Shown in pieces: positions 45,324 through 58,440 of a DNA stretch of 64,000 nt. The stretch is from Thermodesulfobacteriota bacterium (GTDB lineage Bacteria; Desulfobacterota_D; UBA1144; Nemesobacterales; UBA2774). The notes under the pieces are model-generated. The model did not search any database. It was not told the DNA's origin and saw only the letters and a program-made list of their open reading frames with translations. A program made the translations under genes and the position numbers. Positions within the stretch are counted from its first letter, which is position 1. Every line of letters begins with the position of its first letter. The stretch is taken from NCBI GenBank assembly GCA_965216785.1, contig OZ244197.1, positions 2,976,001 through 3,040,000 on the forward strand, given 5' to 3'.

Positions 45324-46455
45324 AATAGCACTAGCCTTAATAGCTCTAATTGCGATTGCAGCCGTATTCGTTGTACCCGGGTTCCTTGACAGAGGAAACG
45401 AGGGAATATCCTACAAAACCGAAAAGGTCGATCGTAATAACGTGACCTCATATATAGAGGCTTCGGGCACCATTAACCCGCTTACTACTATAGAGGTGGG
45501 CACGCAGGTGACGGGGACTATAAACAAGATTAACGTGGACTACAACTCAGAGGTGAAAAAAGGCGACCCGTTGGCGGAAATAGATCCCACTCCTCTTAAG
45601 ACGGCGCTCAAAAGCTCTGAGGCAAATAGTAATAAAGCAAAAGCGGATCTTAACGTCGCTCAGTCTCTCTACAATACGAATAAAGAGCTATATGATAAAA
45701 GACTTATATCAAAAGAAGAATTCGACAGCTCTAAATCCAGCTATTCATCGGCGCTCGCCGCCTATGAGCAGACCAAAGTCGAGCTTGAAGTCGCCTCAAC
45801 TAATCTTGAGAACGCAACCATACGCTCCCCGATAGACGGAATCGTGCTGTCCAGAAACGTCACCTCTGGCGAATCGGTGCTCGCGAACTCTAAGCCGCTA
45901 TTCACTATATCGGGACATTTACAGAGTATGCAGATCGACACCAGAGTAAGCGAATCCGACATAGGTAAAGTCGCTGAATCACAGGGTGCGCTTTTCAATG
46001 TTGACGCATATCCGGGAATGACATTTCACGGAAAAGTCGATCAGGTAAGAAACGAGCCTCTTAACGAGAATAACGTGGTCACATATAACGTTGTGGTGCT
46101 GACTGATAACCAGGAGCTCAAACTAAAACCCGGAATGACGGCGGAAGTAAAAATAGTGGTGGCGAATAAAGAGGGCGTGCTCAGGGTTCCCACTTCCGCT
46201 ATAAGGTTTATTCCTCCTCCTTCAGCAAACATTGAAGACTCACCTGACTACAAAGAAAATTCATCTTATGTGTGGATACCCGCCGGAGGCGGGCTCATAA
46301 AACCCCTTCCGATCGAGACCGGGGTTAGCGACAGCAGATATACGGAGATTAAATCAGGTGATATTAAAGAAGGGCAGGAAGTCATCGTCGAAGCCTTCGT
46401 TAATAGCGGCTCAAATATCAATTCCTCTTATCTGCCGCAGCCAAGAAGATTCTAA
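45295..46455 (+). CDS. MacA-like periplasmic adaptor (membrane fusion protein)
   Basis: VGTQVTG.I..I.VDYNS.VKKGD.LA.ID, IRSPIDG.V, VSESDIG, LKPGMTA. Confidence 0.92.
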   Translation: MKMDIIKKNKIALALIALIAIAAVFVVPGFLDRGNEGISYKTEKVDRNNVTSYIEASGTINPLTTIEVGTQVTGTINKINVDYNSEVKKGDPLAEIDPTPLKTALKSSEANSNKAKADLNVAQSLYNTNKELYDKRLISKEEFDSSKSSYSSALAAYEQTKVELEVASTNLENATIRSPIDGIVLSRNVTSGESVLANSKPLFTISGHLQSMQIDTRVSESDIGKVAESQGALFNVDAYPGMTFHGKVDQVRNEPLNENNVVTYNVVVLTDNQELKLKPGMTAEVKIVVANKEGVLRVPTSAIRFIPPPSANIEDSPDYKENSSYVWIPAGGGLIKPLPIETGVSDSRYTEIKSGDIKEGQEVIVEAFVNSGSNINSSYLPQPRRF

Positions 46456-46479
46456 TTAACATTAGGAGATTTAGGTTCT

Positions 46480-47172
46480 ATGAGTGAAAGCACCCCGGTT
46501 ATATCAGCTAAAGATTTGTATAAAATATATAAGCTGGGCGATATTGATGTTCACGCTCTAAACGGTATCTCAATTGATATCGAAGAAGGAGAGTTCGTAT
46601 CGATAATGGGGGCCTCGGGCTCGGGCAAGAGCACGTTCATGAACATCATCGGGTGCCTGGACAGACCCACCAAGGGCGTTTATTGCCTTGACGGAGAAGA
46701 GGTTTCCGAGCGGAGCCCGGATGAGCTTGCGGAGATAAGGAACAATAAGATCGGATTTGTATTTCAGAGCTTTAACCTACTCTCGAGAACCTCGGCTAAA
46801 GAGAACGTTGAGCTCCCGATGATTTACAGCAACACACCCCGTGAGAAGAGATCAGAGCTTGCGCATAAAGCGCTTGAGATTCTGGGTCTAGCGGGACGCG
46901 AGAAGCACTTCCCCTCTCAGCTCTCAGGCGGTCAGCAGCAGAGGGTCGCAATTGCAAGGGCCATAGTCAATGATCCGAGCATAATATTGGCCGATGAACC
47001 TACCGGCAACCTGGATAGCGCGATTAGCGCCGAGATCATGGAGATATTCAAGACCCTTAATTCCCAGGGTAAGACAATAGTTATGATCACGCACGAGCGT
47101 GAAATAGCGGATTACGCCCAAAGAATTTTAGTATTTAAAGACGGTCTTGTCGTAGAGGAAATTAGAAATTAG
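46480..47172 (+). CDS. MacB/LolD-type ABC transporter ATP-binding protein
   Basis: GASGSGKST, IGFVFQSFNL, LSGGQQQRVAIARA, ADEPTGNLD. Confidence 0.93.
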   Translation: MSESTPVISAKDLYKIYKLGDIDVHALNGISIDIEEGEFVSIMGASGSGKSTFMNIIGCLDRPTKGVYCLDGEEVSERSPDELAEIRNNKIGFVFQSFNLLSRTSAKENVELPMIYSNTPREKRSELAHKALEILGLAGREKHFPSQLSGGQQQRVAIARAIVNDPSIILADEPTGNLDSAISAEIMEIFKTLNSQGKTIVMITHEREIADYAQRILVFKDGLVVEEIRN

Positions 47173-47220
47173 AAGTAAGCACAAGTTTCCTTGTATGAAT
47201 CTAGATCTATAGCTTTTCTA

Positions 47221-49047
47221 TCAATAAACAAGCTGGATTAAACCTTCCGCACCCACAGAAAAATCCGTTACCTCATCCCCGTTAACATCTCCCATGGTTA
47301 ATACTTTCTGACCAAAATCCGTGTCCCCACCCTCTCCGATAACATTTATATCGGAATCAGCTGCTGATACTTCTGCCGGGAGACCCTCTTGACCGAAGAA
47401 TACATAAACCGTACCGGGCTCTGTACCGGGAGCGCCTGCCGCTATATCCGCGTTACTCACTTCGAACTCCAGCACAATCGCCGTATCTTTCCTTTTCTTT
47501 TCGATTATCGGGGTAAAACCATCTAGTACGCTGACCGAGCTTCCAAACCTGTCCCCGGAGCTAATACCCGTAAATTCCGTTTCAAACCCCGTAGTAGTAC
47601 CATCTTCAAACGCTGTAAGGAGATCTTCTCCCGAATATAAGAACACCGAACCCCTGTCCGAATCGGCCTCAGGCGCACCAATAATTACATCCGGTGTACC
47701 CTCTCCGTCCTCGTCTATGTCTCCGTCACCGGAGATCGAAGTGCCGAAGCTGGAAACTCCGTCAACTTCAAGCACAACTACATCGGTAGTATCTACTGCA
47801 AGGTCCTGGTCGGAAAGACCGCTTTTCCCAAATATGATATAAGCCCTGCTAATTCCGGGCGCGCCTACACCGAACTCATCATGGCTGTTTCTGTTTATAC
47901 GACCGAGCAGAGCTATGTCGTACCCGAATAAACCGCCTGCTGACTGACCCGTATAGGTAGCCTCGTCATCGGTCGCCGGAAGCTCTGTATTCTGGTCCAG
48001 CTTGGCCCCCCTGTACAAGTAGGCCCTGCCCGTATCTCCGTCAAAAAACGGTGCGCCAACCAAAAAGAGCCCTCCGCCGTTAGTCACATCGTCAGCGCTA
48101 GATACTTCAAAACCGAATCCGTCCCCTGCGTTCTCTCCAACCACTTCAATGCGGTCAACTTCTGGGTCGCTCATCTCTATAACGCTAGGAAGATCTCTGC
48201 TTCCGAATATAACGAATACTTTTCCTCTCCCTCCGTCAAAATCGGGCGCTCCTATCACAAGCTCTTCCGATCTTACATCACCGTCAAAATCGGGAAGCGA
48301 CGCAAGAGAGGCCCCAAATCCGTCGGCAGCGCTGCCTATAACAGTTACATCGGCAGCCGAAACGTTTATGTCAGTACTGCCGTTCTCAGTCATATCATTC
48401 ATTCCGTAGAATATATATACTTTCCCCGCACAAGGATCACCGATTGCGACGTCGTTTAAGCTTACACCCTGGTCGCTTTCATCACCGTCAAAATTCCCCG
48501 CGGTAACGGCCTCTCCAATGCAAGTCTCTTCATCGCTGCTCGTATATCTGATGGATTGTAAGGGTGTGGTTAATTGCGTGACGTTTGAGGGCTTTGAGGA
48601 ATCCCCCACTTCATCGTTAGTAACTATTGCGTAGTAATATGTAAGGTCGCCCATGAGATCGAGCCTGGGGGTGAGGAAGCTCTCCGGGTCACCGGCGGGT
48701 TCTGGTTGGGCGAAATTGGGCACCTGGGTCGCGTCACCGAAGTTATCCTGTACAGTCTCCTGAATAACTGCAAACGGGACGTCGTCAAGATTTGGAACTC
48801 CCAGTATTTCAGCGATCTCGGTATCATCGAAAAACCTGGGGAAGTATATTGTAGCTCTACCCGAGTTTCCGTTGTCACCAGGGGCTGTCCAGTTTAAATT
48901 TCTGGACACCTCATCCGCTGATAAGTCATTAATTTTAGCAGGAGAGTTGCTGTCCCCTAAGCTGCAAGAGATTAGCGACATCACAAAAAACAAAGGAACT
49001 ATTGCCAAAAGCGTATTAGGAACGCGATTAAATTTCATATAAAGCAC
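47221..49047 (-). CDS. Lipoprotein with Fn3-like N-terminus and FG-GAP (integrin-alpha-like) repeats
   Basis: Lipobox LISC, L.WTAPGD.G..G.A; repeated FG...D.DGD...D..IGAP......G.VYIF.G. Confidence 0.85.
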   Translation of the reverse strand: MLYMKFNRVPNTLLAIVPLFFVMSLISCSLGDSNSPAKINDLSADEVSRNLNWTAPGDNGNSGRATIYFPRFFDDTEIAEILGVPNLDDVPFAVIQETVQDNFGDATQVPNFAQPEPAGDPESFLTPRLDLMGDLTYYYAIVTNDEVGDSSKPSNVTQLTTPLQSIRYTSSDEETCIGEAVTAGNFDGDESDQGVSLNDVAIGDPCAGKVYIFYGMNDMTENGSTDINVSAADVTVIGSAADGFGASLASLPDFDGDVRSEELVIGAPDFDGGRGKVFVIFGSRDLPSVIEMSDPEVDRIEVVGENAGDGFGFEVSSADDVTNGGGLFLVGAPFFDGDTGRAYLYRGAKLDQNTELPATDDEATYTGQSAGGLFGYDIALLGRINRNSHDEFGVGAPGISRAYIIFGKSGLSDQDLAVDTTDVVVLEVDGVSSFGTSISGDGDIDEDGEGTPDVIIGAPEADSDRGSVFLYSGEDLLTAFEDGTTTGFETEFTGISSGDRFGSSVSVLDGFTPIIEKKRKDTAIVLEFEVSNADIAAGAPGTEPGTVYVFFGQEGLPAEVSAADSDINVIGEGGDTDFGQKVLTMGDVNGDEVTDFSVGAEGLIQLVY

Positions 49048-49251
49048 CCTTTTCCATATTTTTAGAATTTAAGATTGTACCGAACTAATGCTACTTTTCC
49101 AATAAGTAATATCTGGAGGGCAAAAATCCGCGTACCCAGAGCATACAAACTATTATGTTGAATAGCGCTATATTTAATTTACCTAATAGTTTGAATCCTA
49201 TCCGATTTGATAGGTACTTAGTGTTATGGTACTTTCCTATTCCTTATTTGA

Positions 49252-50544
<1,293 letters not shown>

Positions 50545-50674
50545 CTTGCATGCAAATGCGCGATCCGCGGTCGGCATTCAGAGATACACTGTAACAGACC
50601 GTTAGGCCTGGTATAATTTAAGGTTAAGGTTTAAGTAAAAATTGTTAATAAGGCTAAGGTAAAAAGGAAAAATT

Positions 50675-52099
<1,425 letters not shown>

Positions 52100-52114
52100 A
52101 GAGGAATCACTTAA

Positions 52115-52738
52115 ATGGAACCATTAGAAAGAGTAGAAGGCATTGTAGCTCCGCTGGACAGGATGAACGTTGATACCGATCAGATCATACCCAAACAGTT
52201 CTTGAAGAGAATTGAGAGGACAGGGTTCGGGGAGTTTTTGTTCTTTGACTGGAGATATCATGAAGACGGATCGCATAATCCAGAATTCGAGCTAAACCAG
52301 GAGCACGTACAAGGGGCTAATATTCTTCTCACAAGCCATAACTTCGGCAGCGGAAGCTCTCGTGAGCACGCGCCGTGGGCGCTGCGCGAGTATGGATTTC
52401 AGGTGATTATCGCCCCGTCATTCGCCGATATTTTCTATAACAACTGCTTTAAAAACGCCATTCTCCCGATAATCCTGCCTGAAGACACAGTAAAGGAGCT
52501 GTTTGTTAAGACCGAAGAGAAAAAGGGTTACAGGCTAACAGTAGACCTCGATTCGCAAACGATAGAGGGAGAGGACGGTTGGACAGCCTCTTTTGATATC
52601 GACCAGTTTAAGAAGCAAAGCCTTCTCGAAGGTCTCGACGATATAGCCCACACGCTCCAGCACGAAAGTAAGATTGATGAATATGAGAAGAAGCACGCTG
52701 AGAGTATGAAATGGGCTACCCCTAACCAGGTACAGTGA
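52115..52738 (+). CDS. leuD: 3-isopropylmalate dehydratase small subunit
   Basis: NVDTDQIIPKQFLK, NFG.GSSREHAPWAL, SFADIF.NN. Confidence 0.97.
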   Translation: MEPLERVEGIVAPLDRMNVDTDQIIPKQFLKRIERTGFGEFLFFDWRYHEDGSHNPEFELNQEHVQGANILLTSHNFGSGSSREHAPWALREYGFQVIIAPSFADIFYNNCFKNAILPIILPEDTVKELFVKTEEKKGYRLTVDLDSQTIEGEDGWTASFDIDQFKKQSLLEGLDDIAHTLQHESKIDEYEKKHAESMKWATPNQVQ

Positions 52739-52756
52739 ACCAGGGTAAAGGTATAA

Positions 52757-52981
52757 CTATTTCCCCCGCAGTAAGAAATTAAGAATGAGCGTAAGGATAA
52801 TGCTCAGGATTATTGAGGTAGCGAGTGGGAAATAGAATGAAAAATTATCCCGCTTGAAGACAAAATCCCCTGGCAGTTTTCCGATGAACGGGATCTTGCC
52901 CGAGAACGTGAGCAGAAGCCCAAAGATTACTAAAAAGACCCCTGCCAATATTATTATCTTTCCCAGATTTTGAAATTCCAT
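52757..52981 (-). CDS. DUF2905 small membrane protein
   Basis: GKLPGDF...NF.FYFPLATSIILS. Confidence 0.88.
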   Translation of the reverse strand: MEFQNLGKIIILAGVFLVIFGLLLTFSGKIPFIGKLPGDFVFKRDNFSFYFPLATSIILSIILTLILNFLLRGK

Positions 52982-53142
52982 TTCGCGTTACCCTCTCAGC
53001 TCTTCAGGTTTAAAATTATATAGTGCCCAATTAAATTTTCATAGACGAATCAGAAGTCTTGTTTATACTTGTAGCAATTAAAAGTCCAAAAAACACTGGT
53101 AATTTAGACAAAAACGCTATATGATTGTAGTATAAATATGAA

Positions 53143-53159
53143 TTGGCACAAAATTTGAA
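53143..53159 (+). promoter_or_regulatory. Sigma54-like box upstream of rpoN
   Basis: TTGGCAC-AAAAT-TTGAA (perfect -24, variant -12), 35 nt before the rpoN ATG. Confidence 0.55.
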
Positions 53160-53193
53160 TGGAAATTAAAAAGGGTCGTAACCAAATCGGAAA

Positions 53194-54711
53194 ATGAGCA
53201 CTAATTTAAGCCAGACAACTTCTCAAAGACAGGTTCTGCAGCAGCGCCTCATACTGACTCAGGAGCTTCAGCTCTTCTTGAAAATGATCCAGATGACCAC
53301 CCTTGAGTTGAAGGACTATCTGGAAGAGCAGCTCATAGAAAACCCTACGCTCGAAGAGTCTGAAGTGCAGGAGGAAAAGAGTGAGGACTCTCCCGCTGAA
53401 GATGATTTCAGCTTTGAAACTTTTGAAGATGGGCGTTTACTAAAAAGCCGGGATGAAGACATCCCCCACTATACCTCACGCGAGTTTATAGACGATAGCG
53501 GAGAGGACACCACCTGGGAAAATAGGGTAAGCGCGGCTGACTCGCTCATTGATCACCTTAGGTGGCAGCTCAAGGTTGCGGACTTCACTGAGGGAGAAAA
53601 GCAGATTGCCGATTTAATTATCGGGAACACAAACGAAGACGGCTACCTGGAATCGGATCTTAGTGAAATCGAGCGGAACGTTCTAGAGGGTGATGTTCGT
53701 ATGGATGATGTGGAGCCATATGAGGAGAACGCAACCTGCAGTGAAAAGATACAACACGTCCTCCGCCTGATACAAACTTCGTTTGACCCCACGGGAGTGT
53801 GCGCAAGAGACCTCAAGGAATGCCTCAGAACACAGGCCCTAGATATGGGCTATAAAGAAAGCGACCTCGTAATCAAGCTCATCGACCGAGAGCTTGAGGA
53901 GCTTGAGGATAAAGAGATTTCAGATATCGCGCTTGAGCTTGGCTGTAAGGAAGAAGAGGCCGAAGAGGCCATGACTGTTATTTCATCCCTTGAGCCCAGA
54001 CCCGGCAGACCCTTTTTCAATCAGGATACGGAAAAATACATAGTCCCCGATTTCTTCGTATATAAAGTGGGCAATGAGCTCCAGATACAGCTGAACCGGG
54101 ATTTCCCGAAGGTCAGGATAAGCTCCTACTACAGAAACCTTATAAAGAAGGAAAAGACCCTGCCGCCAGAGGCAAAGCAGTTCATCCGTGAGAAACTGGA
54201 AGCGGCAAAGAGGATTATTAAATGCCTCGATGAACGCGAAGAGGCGGTGAAGAAAATAATCACCAAGATCGTAGAGGTTCAAAAAGACTTCTTCGAGCAC
54301 GGAAGAAATTATATTAAACCACTCATTCTTAAGGATGTAGCCCAGTCCGTAGGCGTCCACGAATCCACCGTAAGCAGGATCACAAGTAAAAGGTATATGG
54401 AAACCCCGCAGGGCGTGATCGCTCTTAAATCACTTTTCTCAAGAAAAATCGAGACCTCTCACGGTAAGGAAATCTCGTTTGAGAAGGTAAAGTCCATCAT
54501 AACAGAAATTGTTTCCGGAGAAATGCCCGAAAGCCCGTATTCTGACGAGGATATATCCAAGATACTTGAGAGAAGAAATATAAAGGTTGCCCGCAGAACT
54601 GTTGCAAAATACAGAAAAATCCTTAAAATACCCTCATCTTCAGCAAGAGCCAGCCAACACAGGAAATCGAAAAATGAAAGTAACGGTAACCACAAGACAT
54701 ATAAGCAATAA
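53194..54711 (+). CDS. rpoN: RNA polymerase sigma-54 factor
   Basis: Gln/Leu-rich region I, ENP.LE, HESTVSRIT, RpoN box VARRTVAKYR. Confidence 0.97.
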   Translation: MSTNLSQTTSQRQVLQQRLILTQELQLFLKMIQMTTLELKDYLEEQLIENPTLEESEVQEEKSEDSPAEDDFSFETFEDGRLLKSRDEDIPHYTSREFIDDSGEDTTWENRVSAADSLIDHLRWQLKVADFTEGEKQIADLIIGNTNEDGYLESDLSEIERNVLEGDVRMDDVEPYEENATCSEKIQHVLRLIQTSFDPTGVCARDLKECLRTQALDMGYKESDLVIKLIDRELEELEDKEISDIALELGCKEEEAEEAMTVISSLEPRPGRPFFNQDTEKYIVPDFFVYKVGNELQIQLNRDFPKVRISSYYRNLIKKEKTLPPEAKQFIREKLEAAKRIIKCLDEREEAVKKIITKIVEVQKDFFEHGRNYIKPLILKDVAQSVGVHESTVSRITSKRYMETPQGVIALKSLFSRKIETSHGKEISFEKVKSIITEIVSGEMPESPYSDEDISKILERRNIKVARRTVAKYRKILKIPSSSARASQHRKSKNESNGNHKTYKQ

Positions 54712-55225
54712 GAGAAAGTCAGAAGAACTCAAGACTTACGCGATTGAAAAATCAAAGAGAATTGAAAAATTTCTGAGATCAGAACGGGATCCTTCGGAGC
54801 TCCGCATAATACTCTCGTCCGAGAAGTACAGGAACAGAGCAGAATTCATAATCAACAATATTAATTTAAAGGCCGCAAGTTCTGTGGAAACAGAGGATAT
54901 GCATACATCGATCGACCAAGCTGTTGACGCCATTATCAAACAGCTGCGCAAGCAGACCGATAAAAAAATCACGTCCAAAAGAAGAAGCGCTCCGAGACTG
55001 AAAGATGAAATGCCCGACATTCAAAGCTACGGTGATTTCCCGCCCACCTCGTATGAGGATATCCGGATTCACAAGCTTCCGCCTAAGCCCATGTCGATTG
55101 AAGAGGCTTCACTACAGCTCAAGGTGTCAGACGCTAATTTTGTAGCGTTTAAAAACAGTGAAAACGGCGAAATGAATGTCATTTACATTAACCGTAGAGG
55201 ACAAGTTATTCTGATTGAGCCCTAG
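54674..55225 (+). CDS. hpf: Ribosome hibernation promoting factor (long HPF/RaiA)
   Basis: MKVTVTTRH, DMHTSID.AVD.I.KQLRK, KPMSIEEA.LQL; follows rpoN. Confidence 0.9.
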   Translation: MKVTVTTRHISNKRKSEELKTYAIEKSKRIEKFLRSERDPSELRIILSSEKYRNRAEFIINNINLKAASSVETEDMHTSIDQAVDAIIKQLRKQTDKKITSKRRSAPRLKDEMPDIQSYGDFPPTSYEDIRIHKLPPKPMSIEEASLQLKVSDANFVAFKNSENGEMNVIYINRRGQVILIEP

Positions 55226-55239
55226 AGTGACAGAAGAGC

Positions 55240-55707
55240 ATGATAAAAATTTCAGATGTACTCAAGCGAAATACTGTCACGGCCTCCCTCAAAGCTATAG
55301 ATAAACCGCAAGTCATAAAAGAGCTTTCAGAGAGTTTAGCCACAGAGCATCCGGGAATTAACAATGAAAGACTCATAGAAGTCTTGACTGAACGCGAAAA
55401 GCTCTGCAGCACGGCACTTGACTCCGGTGTTGCCATCCCTCACGCAAAGTTAGGCGGAATATCTAATATTCTGTTGGGCTTTGGCAGGAGTGTGAAAGGT
55501 GTCGACTTTGATTCCCTTGACAGAAAGCCGACCCATTTCTTCATACTACTCGTATCGCCCGAAAACTCTAGTGGTCTGCATATCGAGCTTCTGGCCCGTA
55601 TATCAATGCTATTTAAGGACCCTGAATTCCGCTCGAATCTTTTGAAGGCGGAGTCCGCAGAGGAGCTATACGAATATATAATATCAGAAGATGAAAAGCT
55701 TGAGTAA
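55240..55707 (+). CDS. ptsN: PTS EIIA (Ntr-type)
   Basis: EREKL.ST....GVAIPHAK, GVDFDSLD.KP. Confidence 0.9.
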   Translation: MIKISDVLKRNTVTASLKAIDKPQVIKELSESLATEHPGINNERLIEVLTEREKLCSTALDSGVAIPHAKLGGISNILLGFGRSVKGVDFDSLDRKPTHFFILLVSPENSSGLHIELLARISMLFKDPEFRSNLLKAESAEELYEYIISEDEKLE

Positions 55708-56647
55708 TGTACCACAGATCCAGGTAAGTGAGCTTTACAGTACTTTGGGAAAAGAGCTACACCTGAACGTCATAGCAGGCAAAAAGGGCTTTTCCAGAAA
55801 AATCACATCACACGAAATTCTAAAGCCCGGCAATATATGGGTTGATACTGGCGCAGCTGAAAAAGGCAAAGTACAGATATTGGGCCGAGTAGAGCTTAAG
55901 CACTTTGCTACCATGTCCGCGGAAGAGAAAAAAAAATTCACAGATACCCTCCAATCGGGTCACATACCGTGTTTTGTTGTAGCAAAAGGCCTTTCTGCTG
56001 AAGCCTCTTTAGTTAAGATTTGCCAAAAAACGAAGACCCCGCTTTTTAGCACCGGACTGTTTACGGGCAAACTCATCACAAATTTGGAATCAATACTCAG
56101 AGACAGATTAACCCCCTTCACAACCGCTCACGGCGTGCTGCTCGAGGTTTACGGAGTAGGAGTCCTGATACTCGGGGAAAGTGGTATCGGAAAGAGTGAA
56201 AACGCGCTTGACTTAATTAACAGGGGTTCTAAACTCATTTCCGATGACATAGTGGAGATAAGAAAATCCGCTCAATCAGCGCTTTGTGGTAAAGCGCCTG
56301 AGCATACAAAGCACCTAATGGAAATTAGGGGCGTCGGTATAATTAATATAGAAGATATATTCGGGAACGCGTCCGTAATGGACGAACGGGAGATAGAAAT
56401 GGTTATCGAGCTTGCGCAGTGGGACCCGGATAGGGAGTACGACAGACTCGGCCTGGATGCTAAAACTATCCCGATACTGGACATCGAGCTTCCTTATCTT
56501 CAGATTCCGGTCAGACCGGGCAGAAACACAGCTACCATTATCGAAGTCGCCGCCAGAAACCAGCGCTTAAAGTTAAGCGGAATCCATTCCGCTGAAAAGT
56601 TCAGAGCTCAGCACAGCAAAATGCTATCGAACAAAAAAAACCAATGA
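55691..56647 (+). CDS. hprK: HPr kinase/phosphorylase
   Basis: HGVLLEVYG.GVLI.GESGIGKSE.AL.L..RG..L.SDD, EIRG.GII, PVRPGRN. Confidence 0.95.
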   Translation: MKSLSNVPQIQVSELYSTLGKELHLNVIAGKKGFSRKITSHEILKPGNIWVDTGAAEKGKVQILGRVELKHFATMSAEEKKKFTDTLQSGHIPCFVVAKGLSAEASLVKICQKTKTPLFSTGLFTGKLITNLESILRDRLTPFTTAHGVLLEVYGVGVLILGESGIGKSENALDLINRGSKLISDDIVEIRKSAQSALCGKAPEHTKHLMEIRGVGIINIEDIFGNASVMDEREIEMVIELAQWDPDREYDRLGLDAKTIPILDIELPYLQIPVRPGRNTATIIEVAARNQRLKLSGIHSAEKFRAQHSKMLSNKKNQ

Positions 56648-57495
56648 CAAACCTCGTCATCATAAGCGGCCTTTCAGGCTCAGGCAAGAGTACAGCGGTA
56701 AACGTTCTAGAGGACCTCGGATATTACTGTGTAGACAATCTTCCTCTTACACTTCTTCCAACGTTCATAGAGCTTTGTGACAACTCGGAAAAAGACATCA
56801 AAAAGGTCGCTCTTGTAATCGATATAAGGGAGGGGATATTCTTTGACCATGCTCCTGAGCTTATTAAGGATCTCAAGGAACGTGGTTACCCGCTGGACAT
56901 CATATTTTTGGACTCGTCCGACGAAACGCTCATTAAACGTTACAAAGAAACCAGGAGAAAACACCCATTATCCTCTGACGGGAACATATCTGAAGGCATA
57001 TCCAGGGAAAGAGAAAAGCTCAAAGAGCTTAAAGACTTCGCAGACATTACGATCGACACTTCAGAGTACAATGTCCATGATTTAAAAGAGCTTATAAGAG
57101 AACATTTTGAAAACCCTGACTCCCAGCGCCTGTCGTTAAATATTTTCTCCTTCGGTCATAAGCACGGATTCCCGAATGAGGCTGATATGGTTTTTGACGT
57201 GAGGTTTTTACCAAACCCTCATTTCGTTGAAGAGCTCAAGGAGCTCGACGGCAAGAGTGATGAGGTAAAAGAATACGTTTTGGAGAACGAGGTGACAAAA
57301 GAGTATATTCTGAAGCTAAAAGAGTTTCTTGGGTATCTAATACCTAAATACGATAAAGAAGGGAAATCATACCTCACGATAGCCATAGGGTGTACTGGAG
57401 GCAAACACCGCTCGGTCGCAATAGTCGATGCAATATCCGAGCATTTCAAACACCTATCGCCAAAAATAAGGCACAGGGATATACTTAAGAATTAA
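56644..57495 (+). CDS. rapZ: RNase adapter RapZ (YvcJ/YhbJ)
   Basis: SGLSGSGKS, CVDNLP, FDVRFLPNP, IAIGCTGGKHRSV. Confidence 0.95.
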   Translation: MTNLVIISGLSGSGKSTAVNVLEDLGYYCVDNLPLTLLPTFIELCDNSEKDIKKVALVIDIREGIFFDHAPELIKDLKERGYPLDIIFLDSSDETLIKRYKETRRKHPLSSDGNISEGISREREKLKELKDFADITIDTSEYNVHDLKELIREHFENPDSQRLSLNIFSFGHKHGFPNEADMVFDVRFLPNPHFVEELKELDGKSDEVKEYVLENEVTKEYILKLKEFLGYLIPKYDKEGKSYLTIAIGCTGGKHRSVAIVDAISEHFKHLSPKIRHRDILKN

Positions 57496-57506
57496 GGAGA
57501 GCGTGT

Positions 57507-57920
57507 ATGGTCGGTATAGTTGTCGTAACTCACGGGAAATTAGCTAAAGAGCTCATCGAAGCGGTAAACTTCGTTCTATCCTCAAGTCCTCAAGTGAAAA
57601 TGGCAGGTGTATGTCTTGACCCAGATAGAGAGTTCGAAAGCTTTAAACAAGACATAAAAACCGCAATAAAAAAAGTAAAGGAAAAAGACGGCACACTTCT
57701 GGTAACGGATATGTTCGGCGGTACCCCCTCAAATATTAGTCTAACGTTCCTTGAAGAAAACAAGGTAGAGGTGGTGTCAGGCGTAAACCTGCCTATGCTT
57801 CTCAAGCTAGCCACACTCAAAGACAGCGTAACTCTGGAGGAAGCTGTCAAAACAGCCGAGTCTGCAGGCAAAGAAAACATTATCGTAGCAAGCAAGCTCC
57901 TACATGACAGAGAGAGCTGA
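57507..57920 (+). CDS. PTS EIIA, mannose/fructose type
   Basis: GIVVVTHG.LA, TDMFGGTPSN, SGVNLPML. Confidence 0.92.
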   Translation: MVGIVVVTHGKLAKELIEAVNFVLSSSPQVKMAGVCLDPDREFESFKQDIKTAIKKVKEKDGTLLVTDMFGGTPSNISLTFLEENKVEVVSGVNLPMLLKLATLKDSVTLEEAVKTAESAGKENIIVASKLLHDRES

Positions 57921-58047
57921 ATCGGCAGCTGAAAATCCGTATAATAAGACCATATAAGCCTGTCTTTATTTGAAAAAGTCTGCTATCCTGTATATTGTTT
58001 CATTTTTTATATCCTAGGGGTCTAGATCAAATAACCGAGGTTAAGAT

Positions 58048-58371
58048 ATGACAAAGGAAGAAATAGAGAGAATTATAGAGTCTTGGAAAAATCACCTTGC
58101 AACGGGAGGCATGGAAGACTTTAAGCTTGAAATAGAGCATAACGTGCCAAAGGAATTTGCCGCAATAGCGCTATACATGGATTCAAAGACTGTCAAAGCA
58201 TCAGGGGAGAACGAGGATTACTACGAAGGGTATCGACAGGCTTCAATCGATGTTTTGAATTTAATAGGGGTACAGATGGCTCAGGACGATATGACAAAAA
58301 CTATAACACTATTCAGAAAAGAATCAGACGATACAAAGCAGGAAGAGTTAAAGAAGCACATATGGGGTTAA
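58048..58371 (+). CDS. Hypothetical protein
   Basis: 107-aa ORF with GAGG RBS in an otherwise unassigned gap. Confidence 0.7.
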   Translation: MTKEEIERIIESWKNHLATGGMEDFKLEIEHNVPKEFAAIALYMDSKTVKASGENEDYYEGYRQASIDVLNLIGVQMAQDDMTKTITLFRKESDDTKQEELKKHIWG

Positions 58372-58440
58372 CGCGCTTTTTATAAGCTTTATATCTATTC
58401 CCCGTACTACATCCATTAAGACCGTGACTTTGAAAACCTT

